Made by a program: the position numbers and the translations under genes. A stretch of 63,465 bases of DNA, the filler included, from Dugesia japonica (Eukaryota): the NCBI GenBank assembly GCA_001938525.1. It is 5 parts of 5 records of this genome, joined end to end, with 100 filler letters (N's around TTAATTAATTAA, not from the genome) between each part and the next. Parts side by side here need not be neighbours in the genome. Positions count along the whole stretch, not along the records: positions 33,367 to 43,143 come from MQRL01271567.1; positions 43,244 to 53,277 come from MQRL01498152.1; 3 more parts are not named here. One strand, 5' to 3'. Of this stretch, positions 38,237 to 52,841 are shown one piece after another (position 1 is the first letter of the stretch; each line of letters starts with the position of its first letter). Below the pieces are notes generated by a model. That model did not search any database. It saw only the letters and a program-made list of their open reading frames with translations, and was not told where the DNA came from.

Positions 38237-39453
38237 ATGTTATGAATATTGTTACATTTTTTATTTAAACTTAATATTTAACACACACACACATATAAGC
38301 TTATAAGAATGGATGAATTTTAAGAAAAACAATTTTTTTCATACATTAATTTTAACTTTTAAGGTTTGCCAACATTAAAATTTAAAACTTAAAAGATATA
38401 CTAACTTCAAATAATTTTTAAAATAATAAAATAAATTTTCTATTTTAAAATTCAAATGAAATTACTTAAAAATTATTAATTACAAATTTTTAAATTAAGA
38501 AATTAGAAAACTCTTATCAATTGAATATGAATTTCAATTTTTTTCGCTACGTTTATTTTGAAAAAGAAAATTTAAAAACTTATCTTTAATTTTATTATTA
38601 AATATGCGGACTTTTAAATTCTTTGTGATTGTTTCAGACTAGTCTAACAAAGATAACTAAAGTTAAGAGATAAAAGGTGATAAAGAAAACGGAAAAATAA
38701 AACTGAATAAAAACTAAAATGAGAAATAAGAAAATGATGCGATTATAGTAGAAGTAATTAAACGTATGAGTTCAAAAAGTAAGACTTTCTTATTTAAACT
38801 AGAAAACGGTATTTGAATGGCATAAGATTGTCACAGATTGCTAAGATTTAATAGAATATGCATATGGTTCTGGTCGTCCGAGATCATCAGTGACGGAAGA
38901 AAATGCAGAAGAAATTACAAGCAAATAATCATTTGACTACAAAAGACCTTTATAATTTAAACTTGAAGCTTTTGTTAGCAAATCACCTTTTCAAATCATT
39001 TGATGTTTTTGCAAAAATAACATTTTGTTGATATATTCAACATATTATTAATTGAGACGAGACTTAAGTTTACAGGTTTGATATGCTTGGGAAACAATAG
39101 GGTAAAAATGGTAACTAAGATCCAAAAGAGATCGCCAAACTTAATATCAAACAAAGGTAATACCATTGCAATTATTGCAAGAATAATTGTTGGGCTTAAC
39201 CATTGTTCCTTTTTCAGAATTCATTAAAAAAATAGCTTCGATCATAATTTGCTTTTCTTGTTTTTGATAATAATTGTGTATTTCAAGTATTGTCTTCTTC
39301 AGGAATTAAATTATTTTAATTGACTGACAAAAACAAAGTTGAAATATTGAATTATTATCATAAACAAAAAAANNNNNNNNNNNNNNNNNNNNNNNNNNNN
39401 NNNNNNNNNNNNNNNNNNNNNNNNNNNNNNNNNNNNNNNNNNNNNNNNNNNNN

Positions 39454-39800
39454 CTGAAAATGATAGAATTTGATTAAGAATAAAATCCTGAACATATTAT
39501 GTATAGGGTTTGCTGTTCAAAACATAGAAAATTACTGGGTACCATGCTCCATCTTGATAAAAGAAATTATTTACTCTGGAAATACTTATGATAATCAAAC
39601 AAGTTTGATTTTGTTGAACTCAGAATAAAAAACTGAACATATTTCTTATAGGATTTGCTGTATAAAAATGCTTCATTTAATAAATGATATATAATTATTT
39701 AATTTATTATAAATTATAGTTTAAGTAATAATAATTTTGAAAAATATCTTCAGACTTTTAAACTCAGAATTAAAATCTGAACATATTTCATTTAGGTTTA
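39454..39800 (-). repeat. Inverted copy of the ~310-bp complex repeat at 48480-51240
   Basis: ctgaacatattatgtatagggtttgctg is the near reverse complement of cagcaaaccccatacacaatatgttcag (49872). Confidence 0.75.
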
Positions 39801-40964
39801 AAATAATAATTAATTAATTAAAATTTAAAATTTGAAATAGTTTTAAATTAATATTATTTGTAATTTTAAATCTATTTCAGTAATAAAATTACNATTCTAA
39901 AATTTTAAAGCATTGTAATAACTCAATTCTTATAAAATTAATTAAATTTACATTAAAATAATACAAAAATCATACATATAATTTAAATTACAAGATTTAT
40001 TTAAAATCATATTGTATCTTTCGTTGATCTGTATTGGTATGGATTCTATAAACAGTCTGAAATTCAATACTATAATTTACTTTAATTGACTGATTTGATC
40101 GATTACTGTGATAAAATACTACCAGTTATGCCAACTAAGTTATTATATCTATTGTCTTTATTGAAACACATTAGCTTTATTGACACACGTGGGTTTTACT
40201 GTGTCATACTAATTTACTGAAATACATGGAATTTACTGTGTCACATTAGCTTTATTAAATAACATTGGCTTACTATGTCACGTGGACTTTAATGTGTTTT
40301 ACAGTATCATACCGGTCTTCTGTACCAATTTGCTACCTCTATCAACTTGTTTACTGTATATACTGGCTTTTTATATCTATTGCTAAACTCTAAAATTTAT
40401 AAAACCTAGAAAAATTAAGGAAATTAATGGAAATATAATAAATCTCAATAAAACTGGTCTGTATTATTACATTATTTTCTACTATTTTACGATAACCATT
40501 GGTCAACTATTTAAATACAACTGCTAAACTAAACAAAACAAAGACAATAAAGTACATCTATTGAATCCTATAAACCTATTATAATTGATACACTTTAGTA
40601 AAATTAATTAATTAATTAATTTTACTGAAGTTAATGTAAATTTAATAAATCTTGAAAAAAATTAGTCTATATTTTAATCATGGGTTTATACAGTTCACTG
40701 TTTTTACTTATGGACTTAGTAATATTTTCGGTAAATCCATATGAATTTATAAAATCCGGTTATCTAAATACAATTTTGACTTGACAAATTACAAAATAAC
40801 ATCTCAATGTACTATAGGTGGTGAGAATTTGCTCATAATTTATATTACAATTTATTCATAAGTGGTTACAATTTTTATTTAAAATGCTATCAAAAATGTA
40901 TAGAAAGAAGCTTTCAAGAGGAAAAAGAATAAAGTGATAAACAGTTCATTGTGTTTTTATTTAA

Positions 40965-41290
40965 ATAACAATAGATTTAGAAAGAAGTCTTTCACAGCAT
41001 TGATAAAATCTCCAGTTATGATGAGAATGAAAATGTTACAGTCATTTCCATCATTTATTAAAGATGATTTACTTGAAACTATTGTAAATGTCGTTCATGG
41101 TAATATAGCGTTAAGCAAAAATAGAAGTTAAGCATTGGAAAAACATATAAAGTTACTGTTAACAATTTTAAAACAAAGAATAAGAAATTAATGAAAAGGT
41201 TTTCTATAAACAATTTGGTGGCTTTATAGCAGCATTATTACTAATCGCATTAGCACTATTAGGACTCTCAAATTTCTCAAGAATAATGAG
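40965..41290 (+). pseudogene. Polinton/adintovirus-type small GGF protein, degenerate copy 1
   Basis: LLETIVNVVHGNIALSKNRS*ALEKH...KQFGGFIAALLLIALALLG; paralogue at 52842. Confidence 0.6.
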
Positions 41291-41836
41291 TCTGTGTGCA
41301 ACAATAAGAAAAATAAATTGAAAATAAAGAATAGTAATAAAAATAGAAGAATGGCAATAAGTACAACATGTAATTGAAAAAGATATAATTTATTTAAATT
41401 ATATTAATTAATTAATAAACTGTTAATATTTATACAAATTCTAGGAGATTACCAGACTTAATAGAAGATTAAGTATTCTAGGTATCAGAAATATACTTGT
41501 ACCAGATTAAAGAAAAGCCAGGAGTTGACGACAATGTATATGATTTAATAAATCTTGTTATTTCATTTACTTTTAAGTGTTTAATGTAAACATTTATTAA
41601 AAAAGTATATAAGTTGAATGTATTGAGGGTAAATAATAAAGCTATTGAATAACTAATTGTATATTTTAAGTGAATTTATCATATTTAGGTAATATTGAGA
41701 TGTCTTTTGGATTTCGAAAACGCAAATCAACCTTATCATGAGTTTATTATTTTTATATACTAAAATTCAATAGTTATACTTTATACGTTCCTCGTTCTTA
41801 ATATGATTATTATATATAAAACAATATGATATAAAT

Positions 41837-41871
<35 letters not shown>

Positions 41872-41879
41872 TGTATATT

Positions 41880-42330
41880 GTCCCAGTAAATTTCAGGAGT
41901 CCAGTATATAGATAAATCCTTTATGAATTTGCTCTTATAAAGTTTTTCTTATTATTTATTATCAAATTAAAATTTAACAACAATAAAATAATATTTAAAT
42001 CATTTTCTTTATCATGCATATTTTTCAACCAATCATTTATAGTTTTTTTCTACTTCCATAGCTTTCATATTTAATGATTTTTATAATAAAACGTCTTAAA
42101 AAATATCAATAAAACACGCACACACACAACAATTTATAAAAACATAATACATATTATTGAAAATATTTTTTTATGAAAATGATCNATGATCTACTCCTTG
42201 TATCCACTTATTCTCTATGTAGTCATTACTTTTCTGAATATTCGTCATATGGTAGCCATTGTACCTTTTGCATATCGTTGTTTTCTATCTGGAGATTATT
42301 GAGATTTAATAGAATTGCTTCCATTTTAAT
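41880..42330 (-). repeat. Diverged inverted paralogue of 44340-44730 plus 46065-46150, with tiny ORF MEAILLNLNNLQIE
   Basis: Long nucleotide similarity, e.g. gactcctgaaatttactgggacaa and attataaaaatcattaaatatg. Confidence 0.75.
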
Positions 42331-42668
42331 TATATAATTATTAAAGTTAATTTTATTAATATATAAAGATTCAGTAAATTATGTATGCAGCACCTAAACT
42401 TATATTACTTGTTAGGTTTTAGTTTTGGTAATAATAATAATAATAATACTCATGATTAATATTTTTGATCTGTATGAATTATTGTACTTAATACATATTT
42501 TTTTGGTCTTTAGTGTATTTAAGTCATTAGTGTATGCTGTATTGAATTTAGTGTATTTCTGCTTAAGTTTAAGTAATTTGTTATGAATTAATGCAAATTA
42601 ATATGTTTAAAAGAAAACCAGTCTATTTCTATGAAATCACGGTACATGCAGGTTTTCCAGGGGGCACT

Positions 42669-42890
42669 GTAGGTAGATGTGAGCGCACAAACACAGATGA
42701 GTGGGCTCGATAACACCTAATGTGTTTGATTTGATTGGTCGAATTTTGATTGGATTCGGGGAGATGTAGTTTTGTTTTAATTTGTAAAAAATTTTGGCGG
42801 GAAATTTAAAATTTATTTTTGTAATTGATTAAAACAAAAAATTAATTTTTCTAGCAAGGATCAATGTGTTTGTGCATTCACATCAACTGT
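42669..42890. mobile_element. MITE-like element with GTAGGTAGAT terminus
   Basis: gtaggtagatgtgagcgcacaaacac versus gtgtttgtgcattcacatcaact; interior has ATTGG boxes and ttggcgggaaa. Confidence 0.5.
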
Positions 42891-42919
42891 CTAAGTTACT
42901 AGCCACCTTGGATTTAAGA

Positions 42920-43040
42920 TTTTTTTGATCGGATCCGATTTTTTATCAGATCGCATTTCTTATCAGATCAGATTTTTGACCGGATCAGATTTTTTGATCG
43001 GATCAGATTTTAAGTCAGATCCGATTTTTGATCGGACTAA
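42920..43040. repeat. Minisatellite (gatcggatcmgattttt)n
   Basis: About six imperfect 16-20-bp units. Confidence 0.8.
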
Positions 43041-44734
43041 GTAAAAATATCTTAATGACACAAAAATACATTAAATTTAGATTGACCGCTATTTTTTTGT
43101 ATTTTCTTTAGACGATTATGGAATTTTTAGATTACTAAAATTTNNNNNNNNNNNNNNNNNNNNNNNNNNNNNNNNNNNNNNNNNNNNTTAATTAATTAAN
43201 NNNNNNNNNNNNNNNNNNNNNNNNNNNNNNNNNNNNNNNNNNNAAACAACTGAAATCTACTTTTAATTTTCTTTTAAAAGTAAAAATAATTTTATTTCTC
43301 TTCAATGCTACAAAACGTTTGTTCTTACACACATATTCATACTTATAATCAGAACTCGAATGTGTTTCAGTAATTTTCATTGTAAACTTAACGAAATAAC
43401 TGGAAAAATAATTAAATTCAAAAAAAGCTATATATATATATATATATATATTTGAGTCTAATAATTAGGTTACATTAAATAACTAATATTTATAATTGCA
43501 GAACACCTTTAAGCTTTATAGTAAATAAATTTCTTAAACTATCATTATAGTTATTAAATATAATTCATAATAATGATGTAATTATTAAGTAGATACAAAT
43601 AACTTGTAGTGTTAAATTAGAAAAGATAAATGACTTCATTTAAATAAAAATAATAAATAAAAAATTCCAATTGAAATAATAAAACAAATACAGTAAATCC
43701 TCGACATATGTATATATATATATACACTGCACCTTCTTTGCTGTTGAAAACATTGAAAAATATTAATTATTAAACTTCGATTTTTTTAGAAAAAATATTT
43801 CGAGTGTTTATAGTTTAGCGTTTTCAAGTTGCTTTATTGTGCCATTAAATTTATATCATATATTATATATCAGTTGTTTATTATTTGATGTTTTCAATAA
43901 AAAGTTCTAATTAGAATATTTACTAGTAACTCCCATATACATATTTTCATTATTTTGAATATATCTTAAAATGACCACTTTTTGAAAAGTTTCAATGTTT
44001 AAGCTGTTGAGTTCCGATACGATGTTTCTCATCTCATTATTTTTCATTATTTCTATATTTTGTTTTCACTTGTTTTGTGTGGGAATGATACCTCAGAATA
44101 GAAAGAATTTACAATGCTCTCTAGCACTGTATGCCGAGTTTAGCGTGTTGAATGAATTCCCGTCTTACGAATCTCAATATTCATTACTGAAGTCAATATC
44201 TATTAAATTCGTGTTCTGATTGTAATTAATATAAAAAGATACTTGCTAGTAAAAGTTTCTTTCGTATAGTAAATATTTAATAAATATATCCTCAAATTTA
44301 TTATCTTCTCTTTCTTTATGGTAAATCTAGCGGAGAGACTATCATTAAAATGGAAGCAATCCTGTCAAATTTAAATAACATGAAGATAGAAGACATCCAA
44401 GTGAAGAAGGAACAGTGGCCATCATATGGCAAAGATTCAGGAAAGGAGTGTCTATACAAAGGACAAGAGCATATAAGCAGAAGATTATCATGAAGATCAT
44501 GGTCCATTTTCTTAAATAAATATTTTAACGAAATTTAATGTTTTTTATTATCTGTTTTGTGTTTTATTGATAATTTTAAAGACGTTTTTATTATAAAAAT
44601 CATTAAATATGGAAGCTATGGAAGCAGAAGAAACTGAAAATGATTAGTTGGAAAACACGTTTGATAAAGGAAAAAAGTTTTAATATTATTTATTTCATTG
44701 TTGTTAATTTTTTATTTTTTTTAGAAATAAAAGA

Positions 44735-46062
44735 AACTTCATTAAAATAAAGAAAAAGCTTCGGTCAAAATAAATGTAATTGTAAAGAAATTCAAATTTT
44801 CGACACTTGTTTTCTTCTGGAATGATGACTTTTTGATAGATTCAATAAGAAAATAGATCTTTGCTACAAAATTCTTTATCTTTTATCTCAATTTTATTGG
44901 TCTAATTAAAATATATTGTTTTAATTTTAAAATTAAATCTCAAAAAACTCTTTTTTTTACTAATTTTTTTTAAAATTTATTAATTATTTTAATTGTTGAA
45001 AATCTTTAAAAAAATTTTATTTATTGAAAACTTCTAATTATTGTTATTAATGAAAATCACGTTAATCTTAGGTTTCTCCTATTTAATTTATATTTCTTCA
45101 TGTTTTTTTTCTGTGAAGTGTAGAAATGTAGCCTGTTCCTAATGTTTTCTATGTAATATGACGATTTCCTGATAAAACATTATGTTTGTTTTGAAAGTGT
45201 TTGAAGACTTCACTTTCTTCTGCCATAAGTTTGCATAATGAAGTAGATGGAGTATCAGAAGCATTGACAATAGGTCTTCCTTTCATTGTTGTTTTATGAT
45301 CTGAACACAGTACATAGATCATGGAACTAGTTAATGGCATTTTACTGCTAAAAATAAAGATGTTTTTTTGGGTCTTCATATTTCTCTGCCATTTTAATCA
45401 ACTCTTAAACAACTATTAAATTTATTCTCTTCAGTAATTGGTAGTATTTTATGGATGATGGTCTCATAATTATTTAGATTTACAGAGAAGAAATCTTTGT
45501 ATGTCTGTTTAGGTAAAGCTACCAAATTATTTGTTTTGTCTGTTGCAGTGATGATGATTGATTTTCAAATTTTGAAAACATTAGAAACATGCTACATTTC
45601 TACACTTCACAGAAAAAAACATGAAGAAATATTAATTAAAGAGAAGAAACTTAAGATTAACGTGAATTTTATTAATTACAATTATTAAAATTTTTTTCCG
45701 TAATTATAAAAATAATTTGCAAAGATTTTCAACAATTAAAATAATTAATAAATTTTAAAAAAAATTAGTAAAAAATTAGAGTTTTAATATTGTAATATCT
45801 TAATGTTAATAAAAAAGATTTTATGAGATTTAATTAAAAAATATATATTTTAATTAGACCAATAAAATTGAGAATTTTGTAGCAAAGATCTATTTTCTTA
45901 TTGAATCTATCAAAAAGTTATCATTCCAGAAGAAAACAAGGGTCGAAATTTTGAATTTCTTTACAAATACATTTTATTTTGATCGAAGCTTTTTCTTTAT
46001 TTTAATGAAATCTCAAATGCGATCAATGGTTAAGTCCAACAATTATTATCACAATAATTGTA
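44735..46062 (-). mobile_element. Penelope-like element fragment with inverted terminal repeats
   Basis: RT N-terminal motifs ATDKTNNLVALPK..Y and IYVL...HK....RPIVNASDTPSTSLCKLM. The ~300-bp arms at 44735-45030 and 45710-46010 are inverted. Confidence 0.75.
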
Positions 46063-48479
46063 ATAATAATAATAATAAACATTTTAGAGGAGCAATTCAA
46101 AAAGCATTTCTTTGTATACTAGACTCCTGAAATTTACTGGGACAAGATATATGAAAGTTATGGATTTGGAATTGATGCCGTAATAAAAATATATTTTTGA
46201 TAATCTTTTCGATGTGTTTATTCATGTGATCAGCATGAAGAATTTATTCTGAGGCATGTTATTGAGGAATACTTTGAAGATATAAATCATATATTTGAAT
46301 AAAGCTTGATAAAATTTCTAGTGTTTTTTATCTATGAACTACTATCATAAGTATACTCTAATTTCATACCAATATAATCAGAGTTTTGATACAATTAACC
46401 ATGACACATTTAATTTATTTAAAACTTATACTATACAAGCCCATTTAACACTATAAAACTAAATGTAATCCATAAACCAAGTATTCAAAATTATAATTAA
46501 AGTAAGCCACAGGCGTGAGGATTTTATTCATATTAGTCATACAAACATATACATGAAGGAAATATTTCTATAAATTACAAAAAATGTTTGTTTTTAATTT
46601 TTACAAGAAAGAAGGAGTGGAAAAAGCAGAGGTGCAAGCAGTGAGGCAGAGGAGTTGTATGCAGAGGTGCACGCAGAAAGGCAGGCAGATGGTGATGATA
46701 AAGGATAAATGACTATATTATTTTAAAAATGTTGGAATATTATACAGAATTTCAGAGAATTGTTTGAAAATTATACAGAGTTTCCGAGGATACTTGGTAA
46801 ATTCTGAAAACCTATGTAAGGGGGGTCAGTAGAGGAATTTGTCAGAGAAGAGGGTTTGTGGGGATCCGTGACTGATAAATTATGTTTTTTTGGTAAATTT
46901 TATAATTAGTCAATTCCATGTAGTAGATTTAATTACTGATGCATATACAGTAGTCTCTATTATGTGCTTTGTTTTTAGAATGACCAAACATTCTGACACG
47001 ACTTAAAAAGTTAATTATTTATTTTTAGTTTATATCTTTTCCAGTTTTTAACATAAGATGTTCATAACTTCTATAAAGTATTAGTGACGATTTATGATAG
47101 CCTAAAAAAAATCTTTAGTTTCCTTAACAGTCCTTCAAGTTTGGTTACTTTTAAATTGTCTTTTTCTTTAATTTTTTTAAATATTTTAAACTTAAAATTT
47201 TTTCTTCAACCAATTTAAAGTAATTATTTTTCATTATTTAAAAAATTACTAAATATTGGTTGAAGAAAAAAAATTTTAGTTCAGAATTTAGAAAAATTGA
47301 AGAAAAGGATAATTTCAAAGTACAAAATATTAGATTTTGTTTGTTTAATGTCGTTGTTATTACAAAATTCTTATTTTCTGTGCTTTCTCTTTAGAAACAA
47401 TAATAAATGGATATTTTTTAAGATATAATAAAACAACAGCAAAAATGATAGAGAAAAGTAGGTTATTATAGTTATCAGTAAACTTTTATATGTTTTGGAG
47501 ATAAAATTCATAATACAATGCACTTATTAAAAAGAAAATGCTAAAGTAATTTAAATTGTGTTTATTGGGTTCATTTTTTTTATTTGTAAAATTTTTTAAA
47601 TATATTTTTAAAAATAAAAAATTAAGCTTAATTTTTTTAGCCTAATCAATACGTATTAAATATGTATTGAATATATATTAAATATGCATTAAATACGTAT
47701 CTTTAGTTAAAAAAAGTTACAAATATAATAGGGGGTCCATGAAAATTTTATATTTTAAAAAAGGGGTCCGTGGTTAAAAATATTTAGAGAAAAAACCGGT
47801 CTAGATAAAAGATATACATATGTTGACACATTTTTCTTTTAATATTAAACAATTTCTAAAAGATTTGGCTTATATATATGAATAAAAAATTTTCAAAATT
47901 GGAAAAGATTACATTTATTGCAAACAATGAATTTTAACAAGGGATATTTAAGATTTTATGGCATAAAATAAAATAAAACACTGTTGTATTTTATCACAGT
48001 GTTTGTTCGAATCAATGAATTTTTTAATTTATTAAAATTTAAGTTCATTTTAGACTATTAATGTAATCTAACCTAATTATGTTTAGAAAAATTTGTACTA
48101 TTAAGAAAAATTCTGTTTAATTAATAAGTCTTGTAATTTAAATTTGTATGTTGTTATTGTTGTCAATAAATTTATTTTGTAAATTTTATAAATTTTTGAA
48201 AATTTAAATTTTACATGTGTTACCAATAGCGATATTTTAATAGTTTTAATTTTTTATCAATGCAATTTTATTATTATTTTTCAATTTTTAGTTTTTTAAT
48301 GGAAATAGTTTGAAAAAATTTAACGCTTATTTTTAAAAGTAAATCAAAATTTATATTACAAAAATCATTAAAATTCGACATTTACTGGAAAATTCAGGAA
48401 TTTAGAATAAATTGTAAAATTTTGAAATTAAATGAAAATAAATAAATTTAACATATGAAATAAAATTATTACAAGGAAA

Positions 48480-51446
48480 CATTTTTATACAGCAAAACCT
48501 ATCCACAAAATGCTCAGTTTTTTGTTTTGAGTTTAATGCCAGCAATTTTGAGGTCATCCGCTTAATAAAGACCGAGAAATTAAAAAAAACAAGTCAAATT
48601 GTTCCCGTGCGCTAGTACCTTTTCCCAAAGAACCAAGTATATTCTTATAACAAACCCTATATAGCGAATAAATAACTTTTGATTCTAAGAAAAGTGATAG
48701 TAAATTCAACATAATACGATAATGTTTCAATGAGAAATTAATTACTGAAAATTTTAATTAAAATCTTTGACCTCAATTTTTATTAAGAACGAAGCGTTTT
48801 CAGAAGTTTTACATAATTATGTTCCTGACCTACTTTTTAATTATCTATAAAATGATATTAGTTTCGAGTCTAAATCTTATAAAAACACTATGGAGTACTG
48901 TTCCCATGCGCTAATACCTTTACTAAGACAATCAAGTATGTTTTGAGAAACTTAACATTATATTCGTATAGAGTTTTTAATTCTGAGTTTAATAATATAA
49001 AATTATTTTTAAAAATTATCATTATTATTATTTTAATTATAATTATAATTAATTATATAATTATATATTATTTTGAGAACCAAGCATATTTGTACAACAT
49101 ACCCAATCGGATATATGTTCAGTTTTTAATTTTGAGTTTAAAAATACCAAATTTGTTTGATTATCATAATTATTTTCAGAGTAAATATTTTTTTATTTAA
49201 GGTGAGGCATGATGACAGGTAATTTTTTATATTTCGAACCAAGCATATTTTACAGAAAAACGCTATACAAAATATATTTAGGATTTTATTCTGAATCGAA
49301 TAGTTTAATTTGTGAAGCGATACCATACGTTTTGACGGAGAAATCCATTGATTAAGTTAAACTGATCCAGTGCTGACATACATTTATCTTGGAAAATAAA
49401 ATAATTCATATAGCAAATCATATTTAGAAAATGTTCAGTTTTTAATTCTGAGTTTAACAATACCAAATCTGTTTGATTATCATAAATATTTCGGAAAAAA
49501 ATAATTTTTTATCCTCGGTGCAACATGGTACCTGGCAATTTCCTCTCCTTGGAACTTAGCATAGTTTTATATATAAAATGTTCCGAATTTTAATTTAAAT
49601 CAAATAGTAAAATTTACAAAGAAATACGATAAGTTTTGGCAGGGAAATTAGTAGATCAAGATCAACTGATCCAGTGCTGCACATGCCATGGTCAGAGAAC
49701 CAAGCATTTTCATATAGCAAATCCTATACGAAAAATGTTCAGTTTTTAATTCGTAGCTCAATAATACCAAATTTTTCTCATTATCATAAGTATTTCCAAA
49801 GTGTAATTTTTCATTCTCGGTGGGGCATGGTAACCGGAAATTTTCTATCTTTCGAACCAAGAATATTTGTACAGCAAACCCCATACACAATATGTTCAGA
49901 ATTTAATTTTAAATCGAATGCTATAATTCCCAGTGCCATTCGATACGTTTTGACCGAGAAATTTGTAGATCAAAGTCGATTGATCCAGTGCTGACATACC
50001 TCTATTTTGGAAACTAAAAATATTCATATAGCAAATCATATATAAAAAATGTTAAGTTTTAATTAATGATTTCAACAATACCAAATTTTTTTTATTATCC
50101 TAATTATTTCTTGAAAAAAATAATTTTTCATTCTCGGTGTGATATGGCACCTATCTTGGGTATTTCTACTCAACAAAGTTATTTTATGGTTTGTAATTTA
50201 AAACTATAGGTTTCCTTATTTGAACTTAATTATATAAGTATTATTTATTGTCTAGCTATGTAGACACAATACTATATAGATGTAATATATTAAACAAATA
50301 AATAAGGTGATATAGTTTATTATCCTTATTTGAAATAAATAAATAAACAAGTCGTACTTTCAAAACAAATAATATTTCTGGTATATAACAAATATTGTAC
50401 AAGATTCTTATGACCTTATTCGGCTAATATTATTTAAAAAGAGAAAGTTGTTCGTAGAGATTAGTTTCTTAGTTTAAAATTGTACAAAATATCACTTAAA
50501 CAGATCAGTATTTATACTGGTTCTGAATCAGTGGCTTTTCATATATCTACTACTTTATTTTTAAAAATTACACTATATTTCAATAAAAATAAAACCTTAC
50601 ACAATTTACTTTTCATTAATTTCATATAGCCAGAATTTTTATTTACCAAAATCACTGATCGATAAAGTATTTTTTAATAAAAATCATTGATTTATAANGA
50701 TAACATATTTTCAAAATTCATCTGATCGTTCACAATAAAATTATTTCACATCACATTATTCATAAAAATTAATCAATAAAATTGTTTAATATTAAAAGTT
50801 TGAGTAAACATTTTATTTTGAAAAAATTGCTTTTGTATTAGCTGCTTGGAATATTGATTCTGATATTTATGTAATATAGTCTGTTTAAACTGTTTATATA
50901 TTATGCATTTGTGTATTGTTATTTATGTGTGGATGTAGTCAAATGTTTACATTGTCTGTTTTCTAGATCCAAACACCTGGCAAATTTCTATATTTCAAAC
51001 CAAACATATTTTTAAAGCAAACCCTATAAATAAATGTTCAGAATTTCATTCTGAATCGAATAGAGCTATTTGCGAAGTGATACGATAAGGTTTGGGCCTG
51101 AAAATTAGTAGACCAAGGTCAACTGATCTAGTGTTGGACACCCATTTCTCAGAGTAACAAGCATTTTCATATAGCAAATCTTAAACGAAAAATATTCAGT
51201 CTTAAATTCCTAGTTCAACAATACCAAATTTTAAATTGTACGAAAAAAATTGACCGAAAAACTTTGAACCAAAAATTTGAATTTTCGACCTTTCCGATCA
51301 AAAATTCGACCGTTCCAATCCTAATTCGAAAATTTTTTCCCGTCATTGTAACGACCAATCAAAATGCTACATTACTGGATCACTCAAATTACTATATCAC
51401 TTCATCAGCAGGGGGGAGTGATCCAGTGCTGACTTATCCATCTACT
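48480..51446 (+). repeat. Complex tandem repeat of ~305-315 bp, ending in a Polinton-like terminus
   Basis: gatccagtgctg recurs at 49364, 49668, 49982, 51125 (variant) and 51420. Confidence 0.75.
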
Positions 51447-51999
51447 TTCTACGAGAATCANATTTACAGATTGAAAGAGAGATTAGTTGAATTCCAAGAA
51501 AAACAACGAACGTTGGAAAAAATAATTGAGGGTCAGAAAGACAGAATCGACTAAGCAGAAGATAGAATTAAAATTTTCAAAAGCCAATATAGAGAAGAGA
51601 TTCAAAAATAAACAATATTGGAAAGAAAGAGAATGAGCAGTACTATTGAGGAATTACAATCGGAATTACATTGGAACCGAAAGAAAGCAAAGATGTTGAA
51701 GAAAACAATAGAGAAAAATAACAAGTCTTGACTACATGCAAGTAGGTAAATAGTATGAGTCCGCACCACGCACATAATAAGTACCCCCTTACCCCCGTTG
51801 ACGTAATCGGATTATTACATAAGTGAGCCAGTATTTTTCCAATGTAAATAGGCGGAGGCACACATTTGTGTGCATTACATAATGTAATTAATTTCGTTGA
51901 GAAATTATTATTTAATTTGGGGTGATTTTTCGCTGTGCATTTAGTTGGGGAAACTTTTTGCACACAAATTGTCATAAAATTAATTTCATCGTCGAGATT

Positions 52000-52730
52000 T
52001 TTACGTAATAGGATTAATTGGGGTAATTTTTCCCTGTGTATTTAGTTGGGAAAATTTTTTATACTTATTAAGCGGCCAATTTTTTTAGGTTTTTTTAGTT
52101 GAGAATTTATTCAGTGAGGTCAATTTTGTATGCGTTTTAGGTGAATTTTGTCGATAATTTCCTTGGTGAGGTCGAATAAGGTCGCCTTTGAATTGGTTTA
52201 GGTGAATTTGGTTGAATTTTTCCTTGAAAATGGACAGTTTTGGCCAACTTGCTAGAGTTTAGGTAATTTTTTGGGTAGTTTGGTTCATTTGGTTCATTTG
52301 TAGACGATTTGGTTGAACTTTTCCTCGGGATTGGTAATTTTCGGGTGATTTTGGTGAAATTGGTTGAAAGTTTTCTTGGTGAGATCGAATGAGGTCAATT
52401 TTTAATTGGTTCAAATGAATTTGGCCAATTATTTACTCGGTTTAGCTAATTTTCGATAATTATTTACTCAGTGTGGGTAAATGTTGGTTAGTTCAGGTGA
52501 ATTTTGTCCAATATTTTTTTAGGATTGCTCGGCTTGGGTAACTTTTGGGTGATTTGGTGGAATATTTCCTCGGGAATTGTTATTTTGGTCAATTTTTGGC
52601 TGGTTCAGATGAATTTGGCTCATTATTTCCTTAAGATTCGTAATTTTTGGGTGATTTAGGTAAAATTGGTTGAAATTTTCTTAAGATTTGGTTAACTTGT
52701 TTAATTATTTGGATAATTTGGTTGAAATTT
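52000..52730. repeat. Degenerate T/G-rich minisatellite (ttggttgaattttt..cct.gg)
   Basis: Recurrent ttggtt/gaattt/ggtaattt motifs with strong strand skew. Confidence 0.7.
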
Positions 52731-52841
52731 TACTATAAAATCATATAAAAAATATGAAAACCAAGTGATTCCTCAAACGAATATTAAACAATAGACAATC
52801 GATATAATATAAGCAATTTTATTTTATCTATTTTAATACAA

